64,000 bases of DNA from Pelagomonas calceolata (Eukaryota). The notes under the pieces are model-generated. The model searched no databases. It was given only the letters and a program-made list of their open reading frames with translations, and was not told where the DNA came from. The stretch spans positions 4,960,001 through 5,024,000 of the forward strand of contig CAKKNE010000001.1 of NCBI GenBank assembly GCA_918797485.1. Direction: 5' to 3'. Shown here one piece after another: positions 9,900-19,604 of the stretch (its first letter is position 1; the number at the start of each line of letters is the position of its first letter). Made by a program: the position numbers and the translations under genes.

Positions 9900-10823
9900 T
9901 TACGCGACGACGCCGTCGCCCGCGCTCTCGTGCGCCAGCGCGAAGAGGAACTCCGAGAGGTACGCGTCGGACCACTCCGCGCCGAAATACGACGTGAACA
10001 GCCCGTGCGCCGGGTCGCGCTCGGCGTTGAACGCGTCGTAGTCCGCGTGGAAGGGCCGCGCGTCCTTTCCCGAAGTGCCGCAGCGCGCGACGACGTCCAC
10101 ATAGGCCTCGACGTAGGCCCCGAAGGCCGGGAGCAGCGCCTCCTCTACTAACTTTTCACCGTCGTCCGCAAAACGACCGTACAGCATCTGCTTGCTGAAG
10201 AAGCGGTTGTCGTCGTAGTAGCGGGAGGACACCTCGCCCTCGAGCGCGGGGTACTTCCGCTTGATGGCATCTAGTAAACTCGTGTCGTGCGTGGCGTGGG
10301 CGCGGCCCTGCGGCGGCTGGGCGTCGACGATGCAGAGGAACTTCTTGGGTCCGAATCGCAGCAAGTCGACGCCGAGCAAAGGCGCGTCCGGCCGGTCGAA
10401 CGTCGGGTACCACAGCGAGTTGAAGACTTGTAACGCTTGGCCGCCGTCGAAGTACGTCATCCTAACACGCCTAAATGTACCGGGCACCTCGAAGACGCGG
10501 CTCCCGACCCGGGCCGCGCCCTTTGCGTCATCATCAGATCGCCGCGGTTTCACACCTAGTCTTAAATCTGGCCGCACGGCGTCCGGCCGCTCGACGGCGC
10601 CGATCTTGTCCAGGATTTGTAGTTGCGTTTCTAGGAAGGGCATGTACAGCAATTTCGCGGCCGGGTCCACGGACTCTTGCCAGCCGGGCCAGCGGGCGTC
10701 TTGTTCTACTGTTAATGCATGTCTCGGCGCAATTTGCGTTCTTTTGCGCATCGGTGGCGTCCAGCTGCTGGCCTGTTGTAGCACTGCTGCCGCCAGGAGG
10801 CTGTGCAGCGTCCTGCAGACCAT
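9900..10823 (-). CDS. pebA: plastid-targeted ferredoxin-dependent bilin reductase, PebA-like
   Basis: RMTYFDGG..QVFNSLWYP, PLLGVDLL.FG, YYDDNRFFS, ERDPAHGLF.SYFG.EW; signal peptide followed by ASSW-TP. Confidence 0.8.
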   Translation of the reverse strand: MVCRTLHSLLAAAVLQQASSWTPPMRKRTQIAPRHALTVEQDARWPGWQESVDPAAKLLYMPFLETQLQILDKIGAVERPDAVRPDLRLGVKPRRSDDDAKGAARVGSRVFEVPGTFRRVRMTYFDGGQALQVFNSLWYPTFDRPDAPLLGVDLLRFGPKKFLCIVDAQPPQGRAHATHDTSLLDAIKRKYPALEGEVSSRYYDDNRFFSKQMLYGRFADDGEKLVEEALLPAFGAYVEAYVDVVARCGTSGKDARPFHADYDAFNAERDPAHGLFTSYFGAEWSDAYLSEFLFALAHESAGDGVVA

Positions 10824-10942
10824 TTTTGCTGCAGTCAACTGCACAGCGCTTGTTCAGAGAGATGAATGTGGCGCCTCGAGGCCTAAACACGCTGCGGGAG
10901 CCAGCGTTTGTTAGCTATTTTGGCTCGAGACTCGAGGGTGGG

Positions 10943-10964
10943 CTAGCGGCGTGTAAGACACTAG
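10943..10964. promoter_or_regulatory. CTAG-TGTSTTAC-Nx-CGCTAG motif (reverse)
   Basis: CTAGCGGCGTGTAAGACACTAG between pebA-like and VHA-B. Confidence 0.65.
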
Positions 10965-11273
10965 CACAGCAAGGAAGGGTCGTTTCCCTTCTTTCGCAGC
11001 TTCAGAGCGCTTGATGCAGTCCTCCAGAGTCGCAGAGCTCCATCGCAGCAGCCCCAAAACCACAGCCTCTCCAGGACCACCAAGCTTGGTCGGCGGCGCG
11101 GCACGCGAACCGGCTGCATTAATCAGCGTTTGTTGCGCGCAGCACTACTGCGCCAATCCCAGCAAAGCGTCGCTGCAACCGCCGCCGCCGCGGGATAGCT
11201 AGGTAGCTTTTTGGCTTGACCACCAAATAAAAACTTTGAGCTCGCACGCCGTAACAAGCAAGCGCGTACAAAA

Positions 11274-12749
11274 ATGGCGGCCCAGACCAACGGCGCCGTC
11301 CCCGCCGGCTACGCCGTCAAGCCGCGCCTCGACTACCGCACGATAGCCGGCGTCAACGGCCCCTTGGTCATCCTCGACAACGTGAAAATGCCGCGCTTCG
11401 CCGAGATCGTCAAGTTACGCCTTGGAAACGGGGAAGAACGATCCGGCCAGGTCCTCGAGGTCGCTGGTGGAAGAGCTGTGGTGCAGGTCTTCGAGGGGAC
11501 GTCGGATATTGATAATCGCCACACGCACTGCGAATTTACGGGAGACGTCCTCAAGATGCCCATCTCGGAGGAGATGTTGGGGAGAAGCTTCAATGGGAGT
11601 GGGAAGGTCATTGATGGCGCGCCCGCGGTCTTAGCCGAGGCTTTCCTCGACATCAACGGCACACCCATAAACCCCAGTTGTAGAGACTACCCGAAGGCCA
11701 TGATCCAGACCGGCATATCAGCTATTGATGTGATGAACTCCATCGCGAGAGGGCAGAAGATTCCCCTCTTCTCCGCCGCCGGCCTGCCGCACAACGAGGT
11801 CGCGGCGCAGATCTGTCGCCAGGCGTCATTGGTGCAGTTATCCGATAGACAAGACGGCCACGAGGAGAACTTCGCGCTGGTCTTCGGCGCCATGGGCGTC
11901 AACATGGAGACGGCTCGGTTTTTTAGGAACGACTTCGAGGAGAGCGGCGCGATGCAGCGGACTGTGTTATTTTTGAACCTCGCGAATGACCCTACGATTG
12001 AGAGAATCATTACTCCTAGATTGGCACTGACTACTGCGGAGTATTTGGCCTACGAGAAGGACTTACATGTGTTGACCATCTTAACAGATATGTCTTCCTA
12101 TGCCGATGCCTTACGAGAAGTGTCGGCGGCGCGAGAGGAAGTTCCGGGTAGAAGAGGCTACCCCGGCTACATGTACACCGATTTATCCACGATCTACGAG
12201 CGCGCGGGCCGCGTCGACGGCCGGAACGGTTCTATTACACAGTTACCTATCTTAACGATGCCAAACGATGATATCACGCACCCCATTCCTGATTTAACGG
12301 GTTATATCACCGAGGGCCAGATTTATCTAGATAGGCAGCTGCACAACAAGGAGATCTTCCCGCCGATCAACGTGCTGCCCTCTTTATCAAGACTGATGAA
12401 GTCGGCCATCGGCGAAGGCATGACGCGCGACGACCACGGCGCCGTCTCGAATCAATTGTACGCGTCCTACGCCATGGGCCGCGACGTGCTCGCCATGAAG
12501 GCCGTCGTCGGCGAGGAGGCGCTGTCGCTCGACGACCACCTTCACCTGAGCTTCCTGGACCGCTTCGAGACGAAGTTCGTCGCGCAGGGGCCGTACCAGA
12601 ACCGGACGATCTTCGAGTCGCTGGATTTGGCCTGGTCGCTGCTGCGCGCCTTCCCGAAGGAGCTCCTCAAGAAGATCCCCAAGAAGACGCTCGCGGCGCA
12701 CTACGCGCGCAAGGCCCAGGACGGCGCGGCCGAGGAGAAAACGTCATAG
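11274..12749 (+). CDS. VHA-B: V-type H+-ATPase subunit B
   Basis: [43 protein letters not shown]. Confidence 0.97.
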   Translation: MAAQTNGAVPAGYAVKPRLDYRTIAGVNGPLVILDNVKMPRFAEIVKLRLGNGEERSGQVLEVAGGRAVVQVFEGTSDIDNRHTHCEFTGDVLKMPISEEMLGRSFNGSGKVIDGAPAVLAEAFLDINGTPINPSCRDYPKAMIQTGISAIDVMNSIARGQKIPLFSAAGLPHNEVAAQICRQASLVQLSDRQDGHEENFALVFGAMGVNMETARFFRNDFEESGAMQRTVLFLNLANDPTIERIITPRLALTTAEYLAYEKDLHVLTILTDMSSYADALREVSAAREEVPGRRGYPGYMYTDLSTIYERAGRVDGRNGSITQLPILTMPNDDITHPIPDLTGYITEGQIYLDRQLHNKEIFPPINVLPSLSRLMKSAIGEGMTRDDHGAVSNQLYASYAMGRDVLAMKAVVGEEALSLDDHLHLSFLDRFETKFVAQGPYQNRTIFESLDLAWSLLRAFPKELLKKIPKKTLAAHYARKAQDGAAEEKTS

Positions 12750-12878
12750 GGCGGCCTCCCCTTTAACATAGAAGTGTGTCATACTATGTTGCCACTGGCA
12801 GTGGCGCTCGGGAGATCGCTCGGGGATTCACTTCCTCCCGAGAAACACGTTCATACTATGTCCAAAACTATATACAGA

Positions 12879-15206
12879 CTAGGCGTCGAGGTACTGCTCG
12901 CGCTCCCAGGGGCTCACCTGCCGCGAGAACTCTGCCAGGTGCGCCTTGCGCAGCTTCACGTAGCTATCAACAAAACCGTCGCCGAGCTGGCGCCGCAGGC
13001 CCTCCGACAAATTCAGCGCCGCGAGCGCCGTCGAGAGGTGCCGGGGCAGGCACTTCGCCGTCGCCGGCGCGTCCTCGTAGAGGTTTCCGACGGCCGGCGC
13101 CGGCGGCTCCGCGCCCGCCTCGAGGCCCTCGAGGCCCGCCGCGGCGAGCGCCGCGGGAAGCAAGTATGGGTTCGCGGCGGAATCGGCCAGTCTTACCTCA
13201 AATCGCTTTTGATCAGGCACGCGGACGAGCGCGGACCGGTTGTTCCCGCTCCACGTCGCCGCGGCGGGCGACCACGTCGAGCCGGAATTGGTTCCAGAAG
13301 CGTTCAGGCGCTTGTAGGAATTGACCGTCGGGTTCGTGAGGGCGCACAGCGCGGAGGCCTCGTCGAGGACGCCGGCGACGAAGTGCCGCGCCGTCGTCGA
13401 GAGGCCGAGCGTGCCGCTCGAATCGGCGCAGACGTTCTTCCCCGTCTCGTCGTGCAGACTGACATGAGCGTGGCACCCCGAGCCCGTCGTGGCCTGGAAG
13501 GGCTTGGGCATGAACGTCGCCCGCAGCCCGTGCCGCTGCGCGACGCTCTTGACAAGATACTTGAACAAAACGTGTCTGTCCGCCGTGACGAGGGCGTCAT
13601 CGAAGTCCCAATTGATCTCGAACTGGCCGTTGGCGTCTTCGTGGTCGGCCTGGTACGGGCCCCAGCCCAGCGCTTCCATGGCGGTCATGACCTCCGAAAT
13701 TATGTCGAAGCGCCGCATAAGACTCATGGCGTCGTAGCACGGCTTGCTCGACGCGTCGAGGGCGTCGGCGACCGCGCCCGTCGCCGGGTCCAATAGAAAA
13801 AACTCGCACTCGACGCCGGTCTTCATAGTCAAACCACGATCTCCGAGCTTTCGCAACATCGCCCGCAGCGCGTTGCGCGGCGCGTGGTCGAGGTAGTCGC
13901 CCTGCCACACCAAGTCGCAGGCGAGATAGCCGACCCGCGGGTTCCACGGGAGTTGTGTTAATGTAGAGGCGTCGGGCATGGCCAGCACGTCTCCCGAACT
14001 CGGGTCCTGATCTAACCACGCCGCAAAGCCCGCGAAGCCGGCGCCGTCCGTCGCCATCTCCGTGACGCGCGACGCCGGCACGAGCTTGGACCGCTGCGCG
14101 CCGAAGACGTCTACAAAACTAAACTCGTAGAACTCCAAGCCTAACGTTTTGCCGGCCGCCTCTATATCCACGGCCGCCTTGGCTTGGCGGTCGGCACACC
14201 AGGTCGCGGTGCTGAAACTGCGTGCAGCCGTGGAGAACTTCCGAGAGCGCGGAGCCTGCGCATGCTTGCGCGGGCGCGCGCAGTCCGGATGCAAGGCGCA
14301 CGCGATCGGCGCCCCGTTCACTAAGCCATTATCGAAGCCCGCGGCGACCCAGCCGGCGTTCATCGTGCCCGGACGCTCCTCATAGCGCACGTCGTCGCCG
14401 CACCACCGCGTCGCGTAACCGCGCCGGCGAGCGGACGTCGTCGACGGGTTCCCCGGGGCGCCGTGTAAGGCGTAGGAATTAAACAGCAATGCGTCGCCCG
14501 GCGCCATGTCCCAGCGCAGGACCTCGTCGTCGTCGGTCACCTCGGGTACGGGCGGCAGTTCCGCAGCACCATCATAAGTATTTCTGTCCGAGTGGTCGTC
14601 GCCCGAGAAGTTCGTGACGCGGTGCACCAGCTTCGAGCGGTGGCTGCCGCGCACGTAGCCCAGCCCGCGCTCCGCCGGCACGTCGTCGAGCGCCACCCAG
14701 ACACTGCATATCATGTCGCCGCGCAGGTGCCAGTAGCTCGTGTCGTTGTGCCACGGCGTCGGCGCGACGGTGCCCGGCTCCTTGACGAACAACTGGTCGT
14801 AGAAGATGTGGGCGGTTTCCGAGCCCATCGCCCGCGCCGCGACGGCCGCGACACCTGATTCCTGTACCCATTCCCGAAACGTGTCGTGCCGCGTCCACAG
14901 GAACTGGTCGTCGTGGAAGCGGCCGCCCGTGCCGGCCGCTTGCGCGTGCTCGTCGCACAATGGACCAGGATCCGCGAGGTTTTTCTCGGCCGCCGCGCGG
15001 AGCGCCTCGACCCAGCGCGGGCTCGCGAGCCCCTCGAGCTTGACGGCGCCGTCCCGTCGGAAGGCCGCGGCGGTGGCGTCGTCCACGACGGAGGCCGCGT
15101 CGATGCGCGGCCAGCCACCTGAGTCTGAGAGCTGCCGAATGGGGAGCTGCAGGGCGCGGTGCGGGCGCGTCAGCACACGCGCGCCTCGCGCGAGGAGAGC
15201 CGCCAT
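12879..15206 (-). CDS. fusion of PhyH-family Fe(II)/2OG dioxygenase and GlnT/GmaS-like (gamma-glutamylmethylamide synthetase-like) ligase; putative mitochondrial presequence
   Basis: PhyH: FVKEPG..PTPWHND, LHGAPGN, RRGYATRW. GmaS/GlnT: KLVPA..DGAGFAGFA.WLD, KPCYD, GWGPYQ.DHEDANGQFEINW, PTVNSYKRLNA..TWSP..WSGNNR. Confidence 0.85.
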   Translation of the reverse strand: MAALLARGARVLTRPHRALQLPIRQLSDSGGWPRIDAASVVDDATAAAFRRDGAVKLEGLASPRWVEALRAAAEKNLADPGPLCDEHAQAAGTGGRFHDDQFLWTRHDTFREWVQESGVAAVAARAMGSETAHIFYDQLFVKEPGTVAPTPWHNDTSYWHLRGDMICSVWVALDDVPAERGLGYVRGSHRSKLVHRVTNFSGDDHSDRNTYDGAAELPPVPEVTDDDEVLRWDMAPGDALLFNSYALHGAPGNPSTTSARRRGYATRWCGDDVRYEERPGTMNAGWVAAGFDNGLVNGAPIACALHPDCARPRKHAQAPRSRKFSTAARSFSTATWCADRQAKAAVDIEAAGKTLGLEFYEFSFVDVFGAQRSKLVPASRVTEMATDGAGFAGFAAWLDQDPSSGDVLAMPDASTLTQLPWNPRVGYLACDLVWQGDYLDHAPRNALRAMLRKLGDRGLTMKTGVECEFFLLDPATGAVADALDASSKPCYDAMSLMRRFDIISEVMTAMEALGWGPYQADHEDANGQFEINWDFDDALVTADRHVLFKYLVKSVAQRHGLRATFMPKPFQATTGSGCHAHVSLHDETGKNVCADSSGTLGLSTTARHFVAGVLDEASALCALTNPTVNSYKRLNASGTNSGSTWSPAAATWSGNNRSALVRVPDQKRFEVRLADSAANPYLLPAALAAAGLEGLEAGAEPPAPAVGNLYEDAPATAKCLPRHLSTALAALNLSEGLRRQLGDGFVDSYVKLRKAHLAEFSRQVSPWEREQYLDA

Positions 15207-15388
15207 AGGTCAAGCCTACTGGTCCAAATTCGTCATCAGTGGTGCGCTCTGGTGGGCGTAACCCTGCGAGGCCTGCCAAGCGCTCTCCCTGTGGCAGGGT
15301 GATTTAGAATGATTTAGAACCGCGATGCGCCTTTATTGATGGATCTGGACACGTAGGAGTGTCGCGAGGTATATCATAGATCGCTGGA

Positions 15389-17278
15389 ATGCCGCTGCGC
15401 ATTGCGATAACAGGCGTCGCGGGACGCTTGGGCGCTGCCATCTCAAAAGCGCTGAAAAAGGACGCGCGCGTCGAGGTGGTAGCAGGACTCGACGTCATTG
15501 CGGGCAAGGAAGTCACGCAGACCGCGGACCTCGCGGCCGGCGGCTTCCGCCTGCCTGGCTGCGACGTCGTCGTGCACGCGGCGGCGCTGCCAGGGCCCTC
15601 GCGGACGCCGCCACCGGGCGTCGACGCGACGCTGGGCGAGCGGCTCGAAAGTGCGAACATCATTGGCCTCGAGGACGCGGCTCCGGTGGACCTGCTTATA
15701 AATAATGTCTCGTCGACCATGCGGGTGCTCGAGGCCGCGGCGGACGCCGGCGCGGCGCGCGTCGTGCTGTCGTCGAGCGCGTTCGCGATGGGCTGGGCGC
15801 ACGACCCCCGCGCGTTTCTGCCGGAGACGCTGCCCCTCACCGACGACACGCCGCCGCGGCCGCACGAGGCGTATGGCCTCAGCAAGGCGCTCGGCGACGA
15901 GATCGGCGCATCGTATGCGAGGTCGTCGGGCCTCGAGGTCTGCTCCCTGCGCTTCACGAACGTTGTCAAGCGGGAAGTGTTCGACCGCATGCCCTGGGCG
16001 TACTCGGAGGACATTCCGCTCCTCCAGTGGGCGTGGTGTCACGAGGACGACGTCGTCGACGCGCACGCGATCGCCGCGACGGCGCCCGCGTCGCAGCTGT
16101 TCGACGGGGCCGAGCCGCGATACACGAGTCTACTCGTGGCCGCTGCGTCGACGCGCTTCGCTCAATCGACGGCGGACCTGCTGGCGGAGCGCTTCGGCGC
16201 CCGAGCGCCGGCGTTCCGCGGCCAGGGCAACGACTCGATCCTGGACGCATCGCGCGCGCGACGCGCGCTGAAGCCCTGGCGGCCGCGGTGCTGGCGTCGG
16301 GGCTTCGCGTCGGCGGCGGCCGTCGCGGCGCGCGACGATCCTGCGGTCGAGTACCTCGACATTGGTGGCTTCGAGCTAGATTCGGGCGCGACGCTGCCGC
16401 AACACGCCCGACTTGCGTATCGAGTGTTCTCCGACGGCGAGGGCCCGCTCGTGCTGCAGCCCACCAGCTTCGGCGCCGTGCACACGGAGCTCGAGGCCGA
16501 CGCGTCTATGCTCGACGAGGCTTTTGGCGAGGACGCGACCGTCGTCGCCGTGAACATGCTGGGCAACGGCGTCTCGTTCTCGCCGGGCGACGGGGGCTAC
16601 CCGGACCTCGTGAGTATTGATGATAACGCGCGGCTGCAGAAGAAGCTCGTCGACGACGTCTTCGACGGGCGGCAACTTTCGCTCGCGTACGGCTACTCCA
16701 TGGGCGGCATGCAGGCGCTGGCTTTCGTGCGGCTGTTTCCCGACGCCGCGGCGCGGGTCATGTGCGTGTGCGGGGCGGCGGGATGCGAGGCCTACAACGC
16801 CGTGTTCCTGGAGGCGCTGCTCGCCGTGTTGGCGGGCGGCGGGACGCGGGAGGAGAAGCTCCGGGCTTTTGGCACGGTCTACGCTGGGTGGGGTGTTGGT
16901 TACCAATTCTATCGCGACGAGATCTGGCGCGAAGGCTTCGAGAGCCTCGAGGATTTCGTCGAGCGGTCGTACGTCGGCGGTTTCGCGCGGGACGACCCCG
17001 ACGACCTGCGGGCCATGGTGCGCACCTGGCGCGCCGCTCCGCCGGCGCCTCCCGGCCTCGAGGATATCAAAGCGCGCGTCCTGCTCGCGCCGTGCGACAC
17101 GGACGCGTACTTCCGCGTATCGGAAGTCGTGGATCTCGCGCAACGAATCCCGGGAGCCGTCGTGCGCCCCCTGGCGTCGCCCTACGGCCACCGCGCCGGC
17201 GACCCCCAGCGGCCCGGCATGGAGGCCGAGCGGGAGTGGCTCCGGGGCGCGGTGTCGCGGTTCCGCGAGGGCGACTAG
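15389..17278 (+). CDS. fusion of NAD-dependent epimerase/dehydratase (extended SDR) and homoserine O-acetyltransferase (MetX)-like alpha/beta hydrolase
   Basis: ITGVAGRLG, SSS, YGLSK; then NMLGNGVSFSP, GYSMGGMQ, CDTDAYF, YGHRAGDP. Confidence 0.82.
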   Translation: MPLRIAITGVAGRLGAAISKALKKDARVEVVAGLDVIAGKEVTQTADLAAGGFRLPGCDVVVHAAALPGPSRTPPPGVDATLGERLESANIIGLEDAAPVDLLINNVSSTMRVLEAAADAGAARVVLSSSAFAMGWAHDPRAFLPETLPLTDDTPPRPHEAYGLSKALGDEIGASYARSSGLEVCSLRFTNVVKREVFDRMPWAYSEDIPLLQWAWCHEDDVVDAHAIAATAPASQLFDGAEPRYTSLLVAAASTRFAQSTADLLAERFGARAPAFRGQGNDSILDASRARRALKPWRPRCWRRGFASAAAVAARDDPAVEYLDIGGFELDSGATLPQHARLAYRVFSDGEGPLVLQPTSFGAVHTELEADASMLDEAFGEDATVVAVNMLGNGVSFSPGDGGYPDLVSIDDNARLQKKLVDDVFDGRQLSLAYGYSMGGMQALAFVRLFPDAAARVMCVCGAAGCEAYNAVFLEALLAVLAGGGTREEKLRAFGTVYAGWGVGYQFYRDEIWREGFESLEDFVERSYVGGFARDDPDDLRAMVRTWRAAPPAPPGLEDIKARVLLAPCDTDAYFRVSEVVDLAQRIPGAVVRPLASPYGHRAGDPQRPGMEAEREWLRGAVSRFREGD

Positions 17279-17450
17279 TTATAGCTCCCCCCCGGTTTTG
17301 TTCATATAGTTGTTTCATAGTTAAGTGGCTACGTGTCGCGCGCCGTGGACGCGGCCGTAGCGCGCTGGGCCAAGGCCAACCCGACGCGGAAGCCGGGCGA
17401 CTCGGTAGACGGTCACGGTACATTCACTTGCATATCGGATTACACATAGC

Positions 17451-19418
17451 CTAGGCGCCGTAGCCGAAGAGCGTAGAGAGCTTGCTCGCCTTCTGCTTCG
17501 CAGCCTTGCTGCGCTCCGCGGAGCCCTCGACCGTGGACAGGTGCGACCGGTCGCCGAAAAGGACGAGCCCCCGGTTGCACTTGTTGCACTGGACGCACGG
17601 CCGATGCCAGGCGACGAGGTACTTGGCGTCGTCCGAGGCGACGGAGGCGCGCATGCGGGCGAGGAACGCGAAGCCGCCCGGGATCTCGGAGGCCTTGGCC
17701 ATGACCACCTCCGTGTGGTCGACGACGCGCCCGCCGTTCTTGTTCACGCAGTCGCCGCACGTCGTGCAATTCGTGTCGCACGTCTTGGCGCGGCGGTTGC
17801 ACGCGCACGGCGGGTTGGTGTAGCACTCCTTGAACCACTTCGTCGCCTCCTTATGCGACGGCGGCCGGCCGAGCTTCGCGTAGAGGATCTGGTCCGAGTA
17901 GAGGCGCTTCAGCGCTTTGCACATCGCCCCGCGGCTCCGCGAGAGCGTCGCCCAGCCGTGTCGCGTGAGCCGCTCGCCGTCCCGCCGAGCGTGAAAAGCG
18001 TCGTCGCGAGACGCCTCGGATGACTTAGCGGCACACTCCCGGCGGCTCCGCGCATGCAGCTGCTCGACCTCAAACTTCGCGGCATGAGCGGCCGATGGTG
18101 CTGTCGTGCTCACGCCGGCCAGCCGACTAATAGAGACTTCAGGGATGTCCCACGCATCTGCGAGGTCCTTCCCTGTACTGGCGTAGACCCACTGCGCGCC
18201 GCGCGTCTTCTTGCGACCCCGCCAGCACGCGTCGTCGAATGGCTCGGAGGAGATCCTAAGCGCCTCCTCCTCGCTCGACGACGCCGCCGCCTCCTCTAGT
18301 AACAGGCCCGGCACGGCGTCGGCCAGTCGTGCTCCAACCGCTACAGCGTCGAAGTCCCACCCCATGATCTTGAGAGAACAACCCAATACCACAAGATTCG
18401 CGAAGTTGCTGACGTCGGCACGGGACGCCGCGGCCGGAACCCGTTTCTTTGTTAAAGCCTCGTACAAGTCGTCCCGGGACAGGTTGAGGCCCTCCTCGTC
18501 GCCGACGACCCCGCCCGGCAACATGCCCGCGACCTGGAGATATGTAGCCTTCTCAAATAACGTTGTTGGGAGCTCGCACTCGCGGAGCCCCCTGACGAGG
18601 ATGGGCACGGCCTTGGAACACAAGTTCTCGTGCCCTACGAAGAGCACATTTTCGTCCGGCGCGCGCTCCGAGAGGAACGCCAGCAGTCGGGAGTACGCTT
18701 CTTTGGGCGTGGGCGCGTTCAGTTCGCGCAGCTTCTGAGCACTGAGGCCGTGCGCCTTAACGGCAGCGTCGCTAGGATCGACGGTATGAGCTAGTAATGT
18801 GGAGAACCGGTCCTCCCTATCCAGCGCTACAGCGACTTCGAGGGGGCAGTCGACCTTGGGGTCTTCGCCCGAGGACTTGACGTCGAGGAAGATCACCTTG
18901 CGGCCGACCTTCGAAGCCTCAATCTGCGCCCCTAGGCCGCGCAGCGCTGCACAAACAGTCGACGAGCTCCGCGGCCACTCCGGCAGCGCGGGCTCCGAGG
19001 GCCGCGGCGCCTCGGCGACTTCTTCATCTTCATCACTGCTCTCCTCTATAATGCGTCTCCGGCGTTTCACGGGGGCTTCCGCGCCATCACCACTCGGCGA
19101 CGGAGCGCCCCGCTTCCTACGAGACGGCGGCAGCGGCGGGTCCTCTTCTTCTTCGTCGTCGCTGCTGTCTCCATATTCATCTGTGGGCCCCTTCGGGGCG
19201 CGTACGCCGCCCGGCATGGCGCGCCGTTGTTTCTTTCTCTGCTGCTCCTCTGCTATCTGATCTAAGTGGGCCCGATCTTCGCGGACGCGCTTCAGCCGCC
19301 TCGCAAGGTCCTTCTCTTCCTCCTCGACGTCCGCGCACGCGCGTCTAATGGCGGGGCTGTCATTTAAGGGCCCTCGCCGCCTCACGCGCTCCGCGACCGG
19401 CGTCTCGGGCTTCTCCAT
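17451..19418 (-). CDS. degenerate DEDDh/DnaQ-like exonuclease domain plus C-terminal Endonuclease VII-like His-Me finger
   Basis: VIFLDVKSSGEDP..D..LEVA, AVKAHGLS, VLFVGHE; C-terminal CTTC...VVDH...HRPCVQCNKCNRGLVLFGD. Confidence 0.6.
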   Translation of the reverse strand: MEKPETPVAERVRRRGPLNDSPAIRRACADVEEEEKDLARRLKRVREDRAHLDQIAEEQQRKKQRRAMPGGVRAPKGPTDEYGDSSDDEEEEDPPLPPSRRKRGAPSPSGDGAEAPVKRRRRIIEESSDEDEEVAEAPRPSEPALPEWPRSSSTVCAALRGLGAQIEASKVGRKVIFLDVKSSGEDPKVDCPLEVAVALDREDRFSTLLAHTVDPSDAAVKAHGLSAQKLRELNAPTPKEAYSRLLAFLSERAPDENVLFVGHENLCSKAVPILVRGLRECELPTTLFEKATYLQVAGMLPGGVVGDEEGLNLSRDDLYEALTKKRVPAAASRADVSNFANLVVLGCSLKIMGWDFDAVAVGARLADAVPGLLLEEAAASSSEEEALRISSEPFDDACWRGRKKTRGAQWVYASTGKDLADAWDIPEVSISRLAGVSTTAPSAAHAAKFEVEQLHARSRRECAAKSSEASRDDAFHARRDGERLTRHGWATLSRSRGAMCKALKRLYSDQILYAKLGRPPSHKEATKWFKECYTNPPCACNRRAKTCDTNCTTCGDCVNKNGGRVVDHTEVVMAKASEIPGGFAFLARMRASVASDDAKYLVAWHRPCVQCNKCNRGLVLFGDRSHLSTVEGSAERSKAAKQKASKLSTLFGYGA

Positions 19419-19604
19419 AGCACGCAAGGCGTATCAGCGTCGATTGAAAGCTTCGTTTCCAGCCGCGTCCCGTTGATTCAGCGGCAAAAAGCGTACAAAA
19501 CCCGAGGCAAATTGAAATCGAACCCGCACCTTGTGCATTTTGCGCCGCGCGCGGCCGTCTCCGCGTATCCAGCCAGCAAATCAATCAGCGTATGACGTCT
19601 ACGT

